64,000 bases of DNA from an uncultured Pelagibacteraceae bacterium. Lineage in GTDB: Bacteria; Pseudomonadota; Alphaproteobacteria; Pelagibacterales; Pelagibacteraceae. Shown here one piece after another: positions 41,518 through 54,441 of this stretch. Where the stretch lies: the NCBI GenBank assembly GCA_902552705.1, contig CACDHZ010000001.1, positions 33,594-97,593 on the forward strand, in the 5' to 3' direction. Below the pieces are notes generated by a model. It did not search any database. It was not told where the DNA came from and saw only the letters and a list, made by a program, of their open reading frames with translations. The first letter of the stretch is position 1. Each line of letters opens with the position of its first letter. The translations under genes and the position numbers were made by a program.

Positions 41518-42655
41518 ATAATCTAAATAGCAAGGCAGATATTTTTTTTATTTCTTTGTTTGTCATTTCTGAAAATAGAGGCAATCTGACAACTCTATTG
41601 TAAATATTTTCTGTTATTGGAAGTTTATAATTACAAAATTTTTTCCCCATTTTTGATTTATGAAGTGGCACATAGTGAAATGTGGCTGCAATTTTTTTAT
41701 TTTGGAATACGTTTTTAAACTTTCTAGCTAATGAAGGTGTTTTAAAAATCAATCCTAATATATGATAAGCACTTGTCGATTTTTTATTAGGTTTTATTAA
41801 GTAAAATTTTTTTGTATTTAATTTTTCTATTAATCTTTTAAAAACAATCCAATTTTTTTTTCTTTTGTTTTGTATCTTTTTAATTTTAAGTAATTGAGAA
41901 TATAATAGTGCACAACTAAGTTCTGGAGCTCTATATTCTGATCCAAGATCTACCCAACTATAAAATTTTTTATTGTTTTTTGATGATATTATTTTCTTTT
42001 CATAATTTTTTATATAAAGTTTTCTATTAGTACCTTTGTCTAAAATATTATTAGCTCTTTTTATAAATTTGGGATTATTAAGTGAAATACATCCTGCCTG
42101 ACCTCCAATAATGTTTTTTGTTTCATGAAAACTAAAAACACCTATATCTCCAAAAGTTCCTAAAAATTTTTTTTTATATTTACCAAGAAAAGCATGAGCT
42201 GCATCTTCTATTAAAAATATTTTTTTTGATTTTGCATATTTTGATATTTTTTCTATATCACATGCATTACCTGCATAGTGAATTACATATATGGCTTTAG
42301 TTTTTTTTGATATTTTTTTTTTAATATCATCAAATGAAATATTTAAATCTATAGGATCTATTTCTGCAAAAATTGGTTTTGCCCCTCTTAATACAATTGC
42401 ATTAGCAATTGAAACAAAACCATATGATGGTAATATTACCTCATCTCCCGGTTTAAGATCTATTAAAATTGCTGAAATTTCAAGAGCTGCGGTGCAACTA
42501 TGAGTGACAGCCACAAATTTTGACTTCAGATAATTTTTTATAATACTTTCTGTTTTAGCTTGATAATAACCGTCAGTAAGTATTTTAGAGGATAAAACAT
42601 TTTTTATATGTTTCAAGTCGTTACTATTTAAATATGGTTTTGTTATAGGTATCAA
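41510..42655 (-). CDS. DegT/DnrJ sugar aminotransferase, WecE/RffA-like
   Basis: SCTAALE, HYAG, IEDAAH, SFHETKN, FHYVPLH, VRLPL. Confidence 0.88.
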   Translation of the reverse strand: MIPITKPYLNSNDLKHIKNVLSSKILTDGYYQAKTESIIKNYLKSKFVAVTHSCTAALEISAILIDLKPGDEVILPSYGFVSIANAIVLRGAKPIFAEIDPIDLNISFDDIKKKISKKTKAIYVIHYAGNACDIEKISKYAKSKKIFLIEDAAHAFLGKYKKKFLGTFGDIGVFSFHETKNIIGGQAGCISLNNPKFIKRANNILDKGTNRKLYIKNYEKKIISSKNNKKFYSWVDLGSEYRAPELSCALLYSQLLKIKKIQNKRKKNWIVFKRLIEKLNTKKFYLIKPNKKSTSAYHILGLIFKTPSLARKFKNVFQNKKIAATFHYVPLHKSKMGKKFCNYKLPITENIYNRVVRLPLFSEMTNKEIKKISALLFRLFN

Positions 42656-43479
42656 TTCAATATCCAGTCTTTATATAGGTTAAGATTTTTTAATAAATAT
42701 TTAGGATAACTATCATCAATTTTAATTTTTTTTAGTCTCAAATTTCTTCCAAAAGGATCTATTAAATTATCAATATTTTTCTTAATATTATCTAAATTTT
42801 TAAACTTTTCTTTATTAAATTCTGTGTGTGCCATATTTTCTATTTTTTTTGATATTTCATTTGGAGTCATGAGATAAGTAAAATGCCACCCGCCATTTTT
42901 AATTAATTGAATACTTTTTTCTTTATCAATTCTCCAAAAGGGATAATTAATATTTTTTTTCTTTAAAATTTTAAAATCAAAAAAAGATTTTAAATTCTTT
43001 TTTTTACAAATTCTTGACCCTGCCCAATTTCCATCACCTTCATCTAAACCAAGAATATTAAATTTATAATAGTACATATTTTGAAGAAAAAGCCCAAATT
43101 TATAATCTTCTTTTTTAAAATGAGAGATAGTAGATGGATTTGGTATTTCGTCTTCATCTGAAAAAATTATCAAATCATTGTCTTTGGCATTAACGATACC
43201 CTTAAATAGATTTTCCATTTGAATTTTTAATAAATGATAGTCTTTTTTTCCTTTAATATTAATTTCAGGCAAATCATCAACTTTGATATATATAATTTTT
43301 TCTCCGTATTTGGACTTAAATTTATTATCAAAATTATATCCTTTATAATGTCCCGTATGTGTTTTATTGGCTTCACAAACAACGAAATAATCAACATGGT
43401 CTTTTAAAATGTTATATCTTAAATCAAATAACATATTTGCATTATAGAAAGTTATGCAGTCAAAAATTTTAATAGTCAT
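42652..43479 (-). CDS. Glycosyltransferase family 17-like protein
   Basis: IFDC..F, VDYFVVCEA..TH, IFSDEDEIP, GGWHFTY. Confidence 0.78.
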   Translation of the reverse strand: MTIKIFDCITFYNANMLFDLRYNILKDHVDYFVVCEANKTHTGHYKGYNFDNKFKSKYGEKIIYIKVDDLPEINIKGKKDYHLLKIQMENLFKGIVNAKDNDLIIFSDEDEIPNPSTISHFKKEDYKFGLFLQNMYYYKFNILGLDEGDGNWAGSRICKKKNLKSFFDFKILKKKNINYPFWRIDKEKSIQLIKNGGWHFTYLMTPNEISKKIENMAHTEFNKEKFKNLDNIKKNIDNLIDPFGRNLRLKKIKIDDSYPKYLLKNLNLYKDWILN

Positions 43480-44279
43480 TAATTAATCTTATTTGTATCA
43501 AAATATATATATGGCCAATCTAAAGTTTTTGTATTTTCTTTAAACCAGAATGGCATATATCTTTCAGCTAAAAAACCATAAATTCTTTTTTTCCCATATG
43601 TATCTAAGTTAAATTTTTCGAATATTTCTTCACACTTAAATAGCCAACTAAAAATTTTATTATAGAAATTTTCTAACAATTGAAAGTTTTTACATATAAA
43701 TAAATTATGAGGATTAAATTGATAACCATTTAGATAATTTTGAAACTTATCCTGCTCATTCGCTTCTAATAATTTAATTGCATTATCAAGAAAAAATTTT
43801 CCATGATTAAGATAAAAGTGGTCTTTGACAGAACATCTATTTATTAAAATCGAGGGTTTTTTTAAAATATACATAAAATTATTTTTTAAAAGTTTCATTA
43901 GTTTTTGTTTACCTAAGACTATTGGCTCAGCTAAAATACAATCATAACTATTCCATTCCCTTGGTACTTCTCTTAAGATAGAATGACTTAATTCTTTCAT
44001 ATTTTTTGGTCGCTGAGAGTTTTTTTTTATCCAGAATCTTCTATAAGTACAAAAACCGACCCAATCATCTTTTTTTTTGTTTAATGAGGCATCTTTCCAT
44101 AATCTATAATGAAATGTGTATTCACCAAAATTTTTATTTTTATTTGATATATCATTTTCAAACTTATCATTTATCCATTCTTTACTAAAATGATTATTAC
44201 CTAGTCCTACAGGCGTTAGATTGTTTTCAACAAAAAAAGAGTAGTTTTGATTATAAATAGAAATGCAAAATGTTTTCAT
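43479..44279 (-). CDS. DUF4422-domain polysaccharide biosynthesis protein
   Basis: DISNKN..FGEYTFHY..WK, VGFCTYRRF, NLFI, RIYGFLAER. Confidence 0.78.
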   Translation of the reverse strand: MKTFCISIYNQNYSFFVENNLTPVGLGNNHFSKEWINDKFENDISNKNKNFGEYTFHYRLWKDASLNKKKDDWVGFCTYRRFWIKKNSQRPKNMKELSHSILREVPREWNSYDCILAEPIVLGKQKLMKLLKNNFMYILKKPSILINRCSVKDHFYLNHGKFFLDNAIKLLEANEQDKFQNYLNGYQFNPHNLFICKNFQLLENFYNKIFSWLFKCEEIFEKFNLDTYGKKRIYGFLAERYMPFWFKENTKTLDWPYIYFDTNKIN

Positions 44280-44364
44280 ATTTAAATATATTTATATATG
44301 TAATCATTATGAATAAATAAATTAAATGTAATTTCAATAAAATTTAACTAATATCCATTATTTA

Positions 44365-44454
44365 GGAGAGATGGCCGAGCGGTTTAAGGCGCACGCTTGG
44401 AAAGCGTGTTAAGGGTTTACTCTTTCGTGGGTTCGAATCCCACTCTCTCCGCCA
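44365..44454 (+). tRNA. tRNA-Ser (GGA)
   Basis: GGAGAGA/TCTCTCC-G-CCA, anticodon arm CACGC-TT-GGA-AA-GCGTG, long variable arm, GTTCGAATC. Confidence 0.96.
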
Positions 44455-44458
44455 AAGA

Positions 44459-45235
44459 TTAATCCATAAAATTTAATTCCACATCTTGAAATCTAAAGTC
44501 TGCAGGTTGATCTAATGGATGAGGAATTTTTGGTTTTGGCGATAATATATTTTTTGATTTTGAAAAAGTCATTTCAATTTGAATAGGATCATTATTTGAG
44601 TCTAAATAAGTAGAACCTAGAGGATTTTGTCCATGGATATGACACAAAGATAAACTAAATTTTTTAATAAAATTTGAAATAATATCTTTATGTAAATCTA
44701 TATTATGAAATTCGATAACTAGTCCTGAAATTTTATCTTGATAGTTTATTAGATCGTCTAAAATTCTATATTCTGATCCCTCAATATCAATTTTAAGAAA
44801 TATTGGATAAGAATTGATTTTTTTAATTGTTTCAGAAAAATCTACTTTATTATTTCCTACACCTATTGAAGATTCATAATGAACAACTTCTTTAGAAAAG
44901 AATTTTTTGTAGTCATTATATAAAAAAATATTATTAATTGTTTCTTTAAGTAATCTTTTATTAAATAAATTTTTTATCTTTAATAAATCTATTAAACTTT
45001 TTCGTGAAAACTTTTTTATATTAGAATATTTAATAAATGGATCATAACAATGAATTGGACAATTTTTTATTTTTAAAAAATGCTTTTCAAAACTCCAATC
45101 AAAAGCAATACCAAAACTGATTAAACTTTTTGCCTCAGCTAAAGACTCTTTTTCTACAAGATACCCGCCATCATTATCTTTTCCAAGTCTAATCAAATCA
45201 TATTCATTTACTGGTTTAAATATTTTTGGAAGCAT
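44459..45235 (-). CDS. Putative FkbM-like methyltransferase
   Basis: RLGKDNDGGY, SFGI..DWSFE, FLKIDIEGSE, LVIEFH. Confidence 0.65.
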   Translation of the reverse strand: MLPKIFKPVNEYDLIRLGKDNDGGYLVEKESLAEAKSLISFGIAFDWSFEKHFLKIKNCPIHCYDPFIKYSNIKKFSRKSLIDLLKIKNLFNKRLLKETINNIFLYNDYKKFFSKEVVHYESSIGVGNNKVDFSETIKKINSYPIFLKIDIEGSEYRILDDLINYQDKISGLVIEFHNIDLHKDIISNFIKKFSLSLCHIHGQNPLGSTYLDSNNDPIQIEMTFSKSKNILSPKPKIPHPLDQPADFRFQDVELNFMD

Positions 45236-45238
45236 ATT

Positions 45239-45751
45239 TTAATATTCTGCAAAAGACATACCATTTTTATCTTTTTTAGAAAGTATAGGTTTTTTAGTTG
45301 GCCATTTAATTTTTAAATCTTTATCATTCCATTTTAATGTTATTTCACTTTTTTGATGACGGTAATTAGTGCATTTATAATAAACCGTACAAGTTTTAGA
45401 TAAGCACATAAAACCATGGGCAAAACCTTCAGGAATAAATAAAGAAAAATTTGATTTATGGGACATTTCTATTGAAAAATATTTTCCATATGTCTTAGAT
45501 TTTTTTCTAAGATCAACAACAACATCTAAAATTTTACCATGTACCACTGTTATCAATTTAGCTTGAGAATTTTTTTTTTGCAGATGCAAACCTCTCAAAG
45601 TATTTTTTTTAGAAAATGATACACAATCGAAAATAAATTTCTTTTTTAGAATTCTAGATTTTTCTACTTCTTTAAAAAAACCTCTATGATCTTTGTAAAT
45701 ATTTGTTTTTACAATTAACAAGTTTTTTATTTTTGTTTTAATTAATTTCAT
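45239..45751 (-). CDS. rmlC: dTDP-4-dehydrorhamnose 3,5-epimerase
   Basis: DHRGFF, LRGLH, VDLR, PEGFAHGF, YKC, LSKKD. Confidence 0.93.
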   Translation of the reverse strand: MKLIKTKIKNLLIVKTNIYKDHRGFFKEVEKSRILKKKFIFDCVSFSKKNTLRGLHLQKKNSQAKLITVVHGKILDVVVDLRKKSKTYGKYFSIEMSHKSNFSLFIPEGFAHGFMCLSKTCTVYYKCTNYRHQKSEITLKWNDKDLKIKWPTKKPILSKKDKNGMSFAEY

Positions 45752-46628
45752 TAATAAAAATTTTAGTTATTTTTTTTTCTAAGTTTTTAATTGGTTTCCA
45801 TTTAGGTAAAATTTTTAAGTTGCTATGAAAATTAGATACATTTGACTTATTTCCATATTTTACTTTTATCTTTTTATTTATTTTTTTGTTTAAATTATTT
45901 ATTAGACTACTTATTTTAATATTGTACTTATTTTTTATACAGTATGATCCAGATTTTATATCGTTATTTAATAAAATCATGATTGAGTTTATTATATCAT
46001 CTGTATGAATTATATTTAGAGCTAATTTTTTTGATAAGATATTGGTTGTTGTGTTTTTTTTATAATTATTAATTATTGTAGGTATTATTTTTTTTCGTTT
46101 ATCATTATCTCCTACACTTTCGTAAAACTTAATATTGTAAAATTTTGTTTTTTTATTTTTTTTTGCATAGTAGTTACTGATCATTTCAAATGCATTTTTT
46201 GTTGCAGCATAAAAATTTTTGGATACTAAATCTTTATCCTTCGAGTGTTGCATCATACTTCCAAAATTGATCATTTTTTTTGTTTTATTACTAATAATAT
46301 CGTAAATTATTGTTGGGAATAATATATTCGAATTTACAAAATCTTTAATTTGATGATGAGAATGATCGTTATTATATAATGTGGCAAAGTTTATAAAATA
46401 ATCAACATTAATATTTTTTAGTTTTTTTAAAAGTTCATTATTATTTGAGAAGAAAATATTTTTATATTTTTTAGGATATAAATTTTTTAATTTTTTTAAT
46501 TTTTTATTATTCTTATTTTTATCTCTTAAAATATCTATTACAAAAAAATTTTTTGAAATAATAAAAGAAAGAAATTTAAAACCAATAAAGCCAGTTGTGC
46601 CAGTTAAAAGTATAGTTTTATTTTTCAA
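45738..46628 (-). CDS. NAD-dependent nucleotide-sugar epimerase/reductase (extended SDR)
   Basis: LTGTTGFIG Rossmann motif, YAATK catalytic motif; TTG start. Confidence 0.75.
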   Translation of the reverse strand: MKNKTILLTGTTGFIGFKFLSFIISKNFFVIDILRDKNKNNKKLKKLKNLYPKKYKNIFFSNNNELLKKLKNINVDYFINFATLYNNDHSHHQIKDFVNSNILFPTIIYDIISNKTKKMINFGSMMQHSKDKDLVSKNFYAATKNAFEMISNYYAKKNKKTKFYNIKFYESVGDNDKRKKIIPTIINNYKKNTTTNILSKKLALNIIHTDDIINSIMILLNNDIKSGSYCIKNKYNIKISSLINNLNKKINKKIKVKYGNKSNVSNFHSNLKILPKWKPIKNLEKKITKIFINEIN

Positions 46629-46632
46629 GTTA

Positions 46633-47493
46633 TTACAATTTTTTTAAATAATTACCATAATCACAATTTCCATAAAAATTAATATTTTTTGAAATTGTTT
46701 TTTTATTAATCCATTTTTTTGAAAGAGCAATTTCCTCAAGACATGCAATCTTAATTGATTGCACTTTTTCAACAGATTCCACAAATGCAGAAATATTTGT
46801 CATATCTTCAATTTTTCCGGCATCAGACCAAATTGCACCTCTGCCTATATGTTCATAACTTAAATTTTCATTATTTTTATAAATATTTAATATATCTGTA
46901 ATTTCAATCTCACCTCTTTTTGAAGGCTTCAATTTTTTGGCATAATTAACAACTTCATTATCAAAAAAATATAATCCTGTAATTGCATAATCAGAAATAA
47001 ATTTTCTTGGTTTTTCAACAATTTTTTTTATTCTCTTATTTACGATTTTAGCAACACCAAAATTTTCTGGTTTTTTTACATTTTTTAAAAAAATTCGGGC
47101 ACCTTTATTGTGGGTCAAAGATTTTTCAAGTTTGTCCGTTAAGCTTTGTCCATAAAAAAAATTATCTCCAAGAATTAAAGCTACATTATCTTTTTTGATA
47201 AAATTTTTACCTAAAATAAAAGCATCCGCTAACCCTCTTGGTTTTTTTTGTATTTTGTATTGAATTTTTATACCAAATCTTTTTCCATCGCCTAAAAGAG
47301 ATTTGAAATTTTCTATTTGACCAGGATTAACAATCATTAAAATATTTTTAATGTTGGCAAGCATCAAAATAGACAAAGGATAAAAAATTAATGGCTTATC
47401 ATATATAGGTAGTAATTGTTTATTAACCGCTTTAGTTAAAGGGCTTAATCTTGTTCCTGATCCTCCTGCTAAAATGATACCTTTGTTAATCAT
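46633..47493 (-). CDS. rmlA: Glucose-1-phosphate thymidylyltransferase
   Basis: GIILAGGSGTRL, KQLLPIYDKP, LILGDN, PSKRGEIEITD. Confidence 0.94.
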   Translation of the reverse strand: MINKGIILAGGSGTRLSPLTKAVNKQLLPIYDKPLIFYPLSILMLANIKNILMIVNPGQIENFKSLLGDGKRFGIKIQYKIQKKPRGLADAFILGKNFIKKDNVALILGDNFFYGQSLTDKLEKSLTHNKGARIFLKNVKKPENFGVAKIVNKRIKKIVEKPRKFISDYAITGLYFFDNEVVNYAKKLKPSKRGEIEITDILNIYKNNENLSYEHIGRGAIWSDAGKIEDMTNISAFVESVEKVQSIKIACLEEIALSKKWINKKTISKNINFYGNCDYGNYLKKL

Positions 47494-47772
47494 AATAAAT
47501 TTAAATTACTCTAATTATTGTTACTGACCAATATATAATTTTAATTAATATATTTAAACTAATGTGTTTAAAGTTTGTTCATTAAATTTTTAATAAAAAT
47601 TGAAAAAGTTTGATGTAAATATAGTTTATAAAAAAATTTAAAGTATTTAGTTAATAACCTCAAATTATCTTTTAAATATAAGGCTTATTTGATGTTTTAT
47701 TAAGAGGTTGTAAATTAATTTTCATCATTTTTTTAAAAAAAATGTTATAAATACATAATTTCCTATAATTAA

Positions 47773-49830
<2,058 letters not shown>

Positions 49831-49832
49831 TA

Positions 49833-51119
49833 ATGAAGTTTTTTGAAACTTCAAAAAAATTTACTCTTAACAAATCAACTTATGTAAATTTAAGATGGAT
49901 AGCATATTTAGGTCAAATAATATCGATTTTAGTCGTACAATTTTATTTCGAATTTAATTTCAATTATTTACTTTGTTTAATAATAGTTTTTTTTAGCATA
50001 TTAAGTAATTTATATTTACAATTTCAGACTCAGGAAAATCAATTAAGTAATATTACCGCTTCAATTTATTTAATTTTTGATATTATTCAACTTGCCAGTT
50101 TATTTTATTTCACTGGAGGTATTACGAATCCATTTATTTTTTTATTAATTATACCTGCAGTATTTTCTTCTCAATATTTAAATAAATCGATCTCTATAAT
50201 CTTAGTTGCTATTACTACATTAGCATTAGCTTTATTAACATTTTTTTATTTTGATTTGCCACATCCAGATGAATTACATTTTCACACTCCAAATTATTAT
50301 TTATATAGTATTCCAGTTGCAATTTTTATTGGTTTAAATTTTCTAGTATATTTTGGATTTAAATTTGGAAATGAAAATAGAATTAGAAAAGAAGCATATG
50401 ATAAAATGCAAGAAATAATGGCTAAAGAAAATGAGCTTGTATCTTTAGGTGGTCAGGCTGCTGCTGCTGCTCACTCATTAGGTACACCACTTTCAACTAT
50501 TTTATTAACAGCTAAAGAACTACAGAAAGATTATGCATCAGATATTAAGATTAAAAGTGATCTTGATTTATTGGTAAGTCAAAGTAATCGATGTAGTGAA
50601 ATATTGAAAAAACTTACATTAAATCCAATTGTAGAAGATGAATTTATTGATAACCAAGCTTCTTTAAAAGACTATATAGAGGAAATAGTTAGATCTTATA
50701 AAGAAATAAGTGAGAAAAAATTTGTGTTAATTTTAGACGAGGATAAAAATCCTTTAAAATCATTTAAATCACCAGAAGTAGTATATGGTTTGAGAAACTT
50801 TATTGGAAATGCAAATAAGTTTAGTGATAGTAAAGTAGAAATTTTTATTAAAAGTGATAATAAAAATTCAGAGGTCATTGTAAGAGATGATGGACCTGGA
50901 TTTCCAAAAGACTTAATCGACAAACATAAATTAGGTGAACCTTACATAAGAACTAGAGATAGTGCCCATATTTCTAAGTATGGACTTGGATTAGGAACAT
51001 TTATTGGAAAAACTCTTTTAGAGAAAAATTTTGCAGAAATACATTTCTTTAATTTAAAAAAAAATAAAGGTGCAGAAGTATCTATTAAATGGGATAATAA
51101 AGACTTTGTGAAAATTTAA
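49833..51119 (+). CDS. regB: RegB/PrrB/ActS redox-sensing histidine kinase
   Basis: NLRW, GGITNPF quinone-binding motif, [12 protein letters not shown]-box, DDGPGF, GLGLG. Confidence 0.92.
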   Translation: MKFFETSKKFTLNKSTYVNLRWIAYLGQIISILVVQFYFEFNFNYLLCLIIVFFSILSNLYLQFQTQENQLSNITASIYLIFDIIQLASLFYFTGGITNPFIFLLIIPAVFSSQYLNKSISIILVAITTLALALLTFFYFDLPHPDELHFHTPNYYLYSIPVAIFIGLNFLVYFGFKFGNENRIRKEAYDKMQEIMAKENELVSLGGQAAAAAHSLGTPLSTILLTAKELQKDYASDIKIKSDLDLLVSQSNRCSEILKKLTLNPIVEDEFIDNQASLKDYIEEIVRSYKEISEKKFVLILDEDKNPLKSFKSPEVVYGLRNFIGNANKFSDSKVEIFIKSDNKNSEVIVRDDGPGFPKDLIDKHKLGEPYIRTRDSAHISKYGLGLGTFIGKTLLEKNFAEIHFFNLKKNKGAEVSIKWDNKDFVKI

Positions 51120-52924
51120 TGAAGTTTACTTTTGTTTTCAAACAGTCCACTTAATTGGCTAATCATAACGTCACCTAATTCTTGCACATCTGTAATTTTA
51201 ATAGCTTTTTTATAATATCTAGATACATCGTGTCCTATACCAATTGCTAATATTTCTATATTACTTTTATCCTCAATAAATTTTACCATTTTTTTAAGAT
51301 GTTTTTCTAAAAAATCTCCTGAATTAACTGATAAAGTTGAGTCATCCACTGGTGCTCCGTCAGAAATGACCATCAAAATTTTTCTTTCTTCTTTTCTTTT
51401 TTTAAGTCTACTGTATGCCCATGAAATTGCTTCTCCATCAATATTTTCTTTTAATAATCCTTCTTTAAGCATCAAGCCTATATTATCTTTAGATTTTCTC
51501 CAGTGTGTATCAGCACCTTTATAGATTATATGTCTTAGGTCATTTAGTCTTCCTGGATTTTTAGGTTTATTAATTTGAGTCCAAGTCTCTCTACTTTTTC
51601 CACCTTTCCAGTTCTTCGTTGTAAAACCTAAGATTTCAACTTTTACGGAACATCTTTCCAAAGTTCTTGATAAGATATCTGCACACAGAGCCGCTATTGT
51701 TATAGGACGCCCACGCATTGAACCTGAATTATCAATTAATAAAGTTACTATTGTGTCTTTAAAATCAAGATCTTTTTCTTTCATAAAGGATAAAGAATTA
51801 TATGGGTCCATAATAATTCTAGTTAGTTTAGAACTATCCAGTAAACCTTCTTCCAAATCAAATTCCCATGCTCTATTTTGTTTTGCAAGAAGTTGTCTTT
51901 GTAATTTATTAGCAAGTTTAGTTATTAAATCTTGAAAACCAATTAATTGTTGATCTAAATTTTTTCTTAACTTTTGTATTTCTTTTGTATCCTCTAAGTT
52001 TTCTGCTTTTGCAATTTCATCAAATTCACTTGTAAATATTTTATATTCTTGATCGATACTATTTAAACTTTCTCTTTGAGATAAGTTATCTGAATTCTGT
52101 TTTACACTATCTAAATCATCTAATTGTTCGTCTATTTGTTGGTCACTTAACTCAAAATCTGCGTCATTAAAACCAGCTTGTTGTTCATTTTGATTGTTTT
52201 CATCTTCATTTAATTGAGAATTGTCGTTATTATTTTCAGATTTGTTTTCTTGTTCCGTATCGTCTTTATCGTTATCTTCCTTAATTTCTTCATCATTTGA
52301 ATTAAAAACATCCATATTTTGAAGAATTTCTGAAAATTTTAAATTATAATTATTTTGATTTTCAAGATTTTCATTTAAAAAATCTAAGTGTTTTTCAACA
52401 GATTTTTCAAAATCTTTTTCCCAAAAACTTAACATTTTTGATGAAGTAGCATTAAGGTTTATATTAAAAAATTTTTTTAGCATATATAATTCAAAAGCAT
52501 CTGCAATTGGTACATCCTCTTTATTTTTAATATTATCTTTACGTTTTGAAATTAATTTTTGGTTATAATTTTCTTTTAAATTTTTCCCTATACCCCTTAA
52601 CATTCTTCCTCCTAAAACTTCATATCTAATTTTTTCAGCAATTTCATATAAAGATTTACATGCAGGATTTTTTGGTAAGTTTTTATTATATATATATTTA
52701 TTTGAAAATTTTTTACTAAGAGCCACAGAATCAGTTTCTGCTCTAAGTCTTATAAAGTCACTTTTACTAGATAGATTTGTTATATCGAAAAAATTTTTTT
52801 TTTTTAAATTTGAATTTTTATCTATTTTTTTAATATCAATTTTATAATCATCTGAGATTACTCTTGCAGTTGAAATTAGAACTTGTTTAAATTGTTCTTT
52901 GATATTATTTTCTTTGTTACTCAT
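51116..52924 (-). CDS. cobT: CobT-family vWA-domain protein
   Basis: [48 protein letters not shown]; acidic linker. Confidence 0.92.
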   Translation of the reverse strand: MSNKENNIKEQFKQVLISTARVISDDYKIDIKKIDKNSNLKKKNFFDITNLSSKSDFIRLRAETDSVALSKKFSNKYIYNKNLPKNPACKSLYEIAEKIRYEVLGGRMLRGIGKNLKENYNQKLISKRKDNIKNKEDVPIADAFELYMLKKFFNINLNATSSKMLSFWEKDFEKSVEKHLDFLNENLENQNNYNLKFSEILQNMDVFNSNDEEIKEDNDKDDTEQENKSENNNDNSQLNEDENNQNEQQAGFNDADFELSDQQIDEQLDDLDSVKQNSDNLSQRESLNSIDQEYKIFTSEFDEIAKAENLEDTKEIQKLRKNLDQQLIGFQDLITKLANKLQRQLLAKQNRAWEFDLEEGLLDSSKLTRIIMDPYNSLSFMKEKDLDFKDTIVTLLIDNSGSMRGRPITIAALCADILSRTLERCSVKVEILGFTTKNWKGGKSRETWTQINKPKNPGRLNDLRHIIYKGADTHWRKSKDNIGLMLKEGLLKENIDGEAISWAYSRLKKRKEERKILMVISDGAPVDDSTLSVNSGDFLEKHLKKMVKFIEDKSNIEILAIGIGHDVSRYYKKAIKITDVQELGDVMISQLSGLFENKSKLH

Positions 52925-53899
52925 TTAAACTTGAATATTTACCATAGACTCTGGTAATTCTTCACCAAAACATCTTTGATAATATTCAGCTATAGTTTTT
53001 TTTTCAATATCATCACATTTATTTAAAAATGTGACTCTAAAAGCATAACCAATATCTTTAAAGATTTCTGCATTTTCAGCCCAATGCAAAACTGTTCTAG
53101 GACTCATTACGGTAGAGATATCTCCACCCATAAAACCTTTTCTGGTCAAGGATGCTACTTTAATCATATTAGATACTTTTTCTTTTCCTTTAGAATTATT
53201 AAAATTTTTATTTTTTGCTAAAATAATTTCCATTTCTTTATCTAAGCTTAGATAATTTAAAGATGTTACGATATTCCATCTATCCATTTGTCCTTGATTT
53301 ATTTGTTGGGTACCATGATATAGACCAGTTGTGTCTCCTAAACCAACTGTATTTGAAGTCGCAAATAGTCTAAAGAATTTATTTTGTTTTAAAACTTTAT
53401 TTTTATCTAAAAGAGTAAAACTTCCTTGAGACTCTAAAACTCTTTGAATAACAAACATTACATCAGGCCTACCTGCATCATATTCATCAAAAACTAAAGC
53501 AATAGGATTTTGAATAGACCAAGGTAAAATTCCTTCTCTAAATTCTGTGATTTGTTTTCCATCTTTAATTACTATTGCATCTTTACCAATAAGATCAATT
53601 CTACTTATGTGGCTGTCCAAGTTCACTCTTATACATGGCCAATTTAATCTTGCTGCAATTTGTTCAATGTGTGTTGATTTTCCAGTTCCATGATAACCCT
53701 GAACCAAAACTCTTTTATTAAATGCAAATCCAGATATGATTGCCAAAGTGGTATCTCTGTCAAATTTATAATTTTTATCTATTTCAGGAACAAAATCATT
53801 TTTTTTTGAAAATGCATCAACATCCATGTCAGAGTCGATTCCAAAAGTTTGTTTTAGAGATACTTTAATATCTGGTTGTATGTTTAAATTAGGTGTCAA
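52925..53899 (-). CDS. cobS: CobS-family AAA+ ATPase
   Basis: GYHGTGKST Walker [13 protein letters not shown] Walker [17 protein letters not shown]. Confidence 0.94.
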   Translation of the reverse strand: MTPNLNIQPDIKVSLKQTFGIDSDMDVDAFSKKNDFVPEIDKNYKFDRDTTLAIISGFAFNKRVLVQGYHGTGKSTHIEQIAARLNWPCIRVNLDSHISRIDLIGKDAIVIKDGKQITEFREGILPWSIQNPIALVFDEYDAGRPDVMFVIQRVLESQGSFTLLDKNKVLKQNKFFRLFATSNTVGLGDTTGLYHGTQQINQGQMDRWNIVTSLNYLSLDKEMEIILAKNKNFNNSKGKEKVSNMIKVASLTRKGFMGGDISTVMSPRTVLHWAENAEIFKDIGYAFRVTFLNKCDDIEKKTIAEYYQRCFGEELPESMVNIQV

Positions 53900-54416
53900 T
53901 TTTTTCCTTATAAGTATTTTTTAGCTGAGTGTAAGCTAAAGTGATTAATTTAAGTTTTTCTTCGTATTTTTTATTCCCCAGATTAATATCAGGGTGAAAT
54001 TTTTTGACAAGAGTTTTGAATTTATCTTGTATTTTCTCCCATTTTAAACCTACTGAAACGCCTAAAATTCCAAAAGCTTTAATATCATTGCTATCGAATT
54101 TAAATTGGCTCATGTGATTATATTCACCTTTGATCTTAATTTTATCAAATTCATCTTTTAAAGTGTTATTCCAGAGTATTTTAAAAAAATTGTCCGAAGA
54201 ACTAAAACTCTGTGTTGGTTTATGCCAAGTCATATCAGATTTTAAAAAGTTAAATATTTGTTCATCATTCATTCCTGCAAAATAATTCCAATTTTTATTG
54301 AACTCTTTAACATGTGTTAAGCAAAGCATTCTATAGTTTTTACTGTTATCTTTTTCAATAGGTGCTTTATATTCGCCGATTTCAAAGCAATTATTCCAAT
54401 CACAAATATTTTTCAT
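53889..54416 (-). CDS. J-domain (DnaJ-like) protein with N-terminal Cys motif; start moved to ATG 54416
   Basis: CDWNNC...GEYKAP...[15 protein letters not shown]; C-terminal J domain KKFHPD. Confidence 0.88.
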   Translation of the reverse strand: MKNICDWNNCFEIGEYKAPIEKDNSKNYRMLCLTHVKEFNKNWNYFAGMNDEQIFNFLKSDMTWHKPTQSFSSSDNFFKILWNNTLKDEFDKIKIKGEYNHMSQFKFDSNDIKAFGILGVSVGLKWEKIQDKFKTLVKKFHPDINLGNKKYEEKLKLITLAYTQLKNTYKEKIDT

Positions 54417-54441
54417 AATATATAATAATAAATAAATATTT

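Noticed and set aside
44365-44454. tRNA-Ser (also Leu and Arg) as a prophage or ICE attachment site
   Set aside because: I saw no duplicated tRNA 3' end and no integrase in the window
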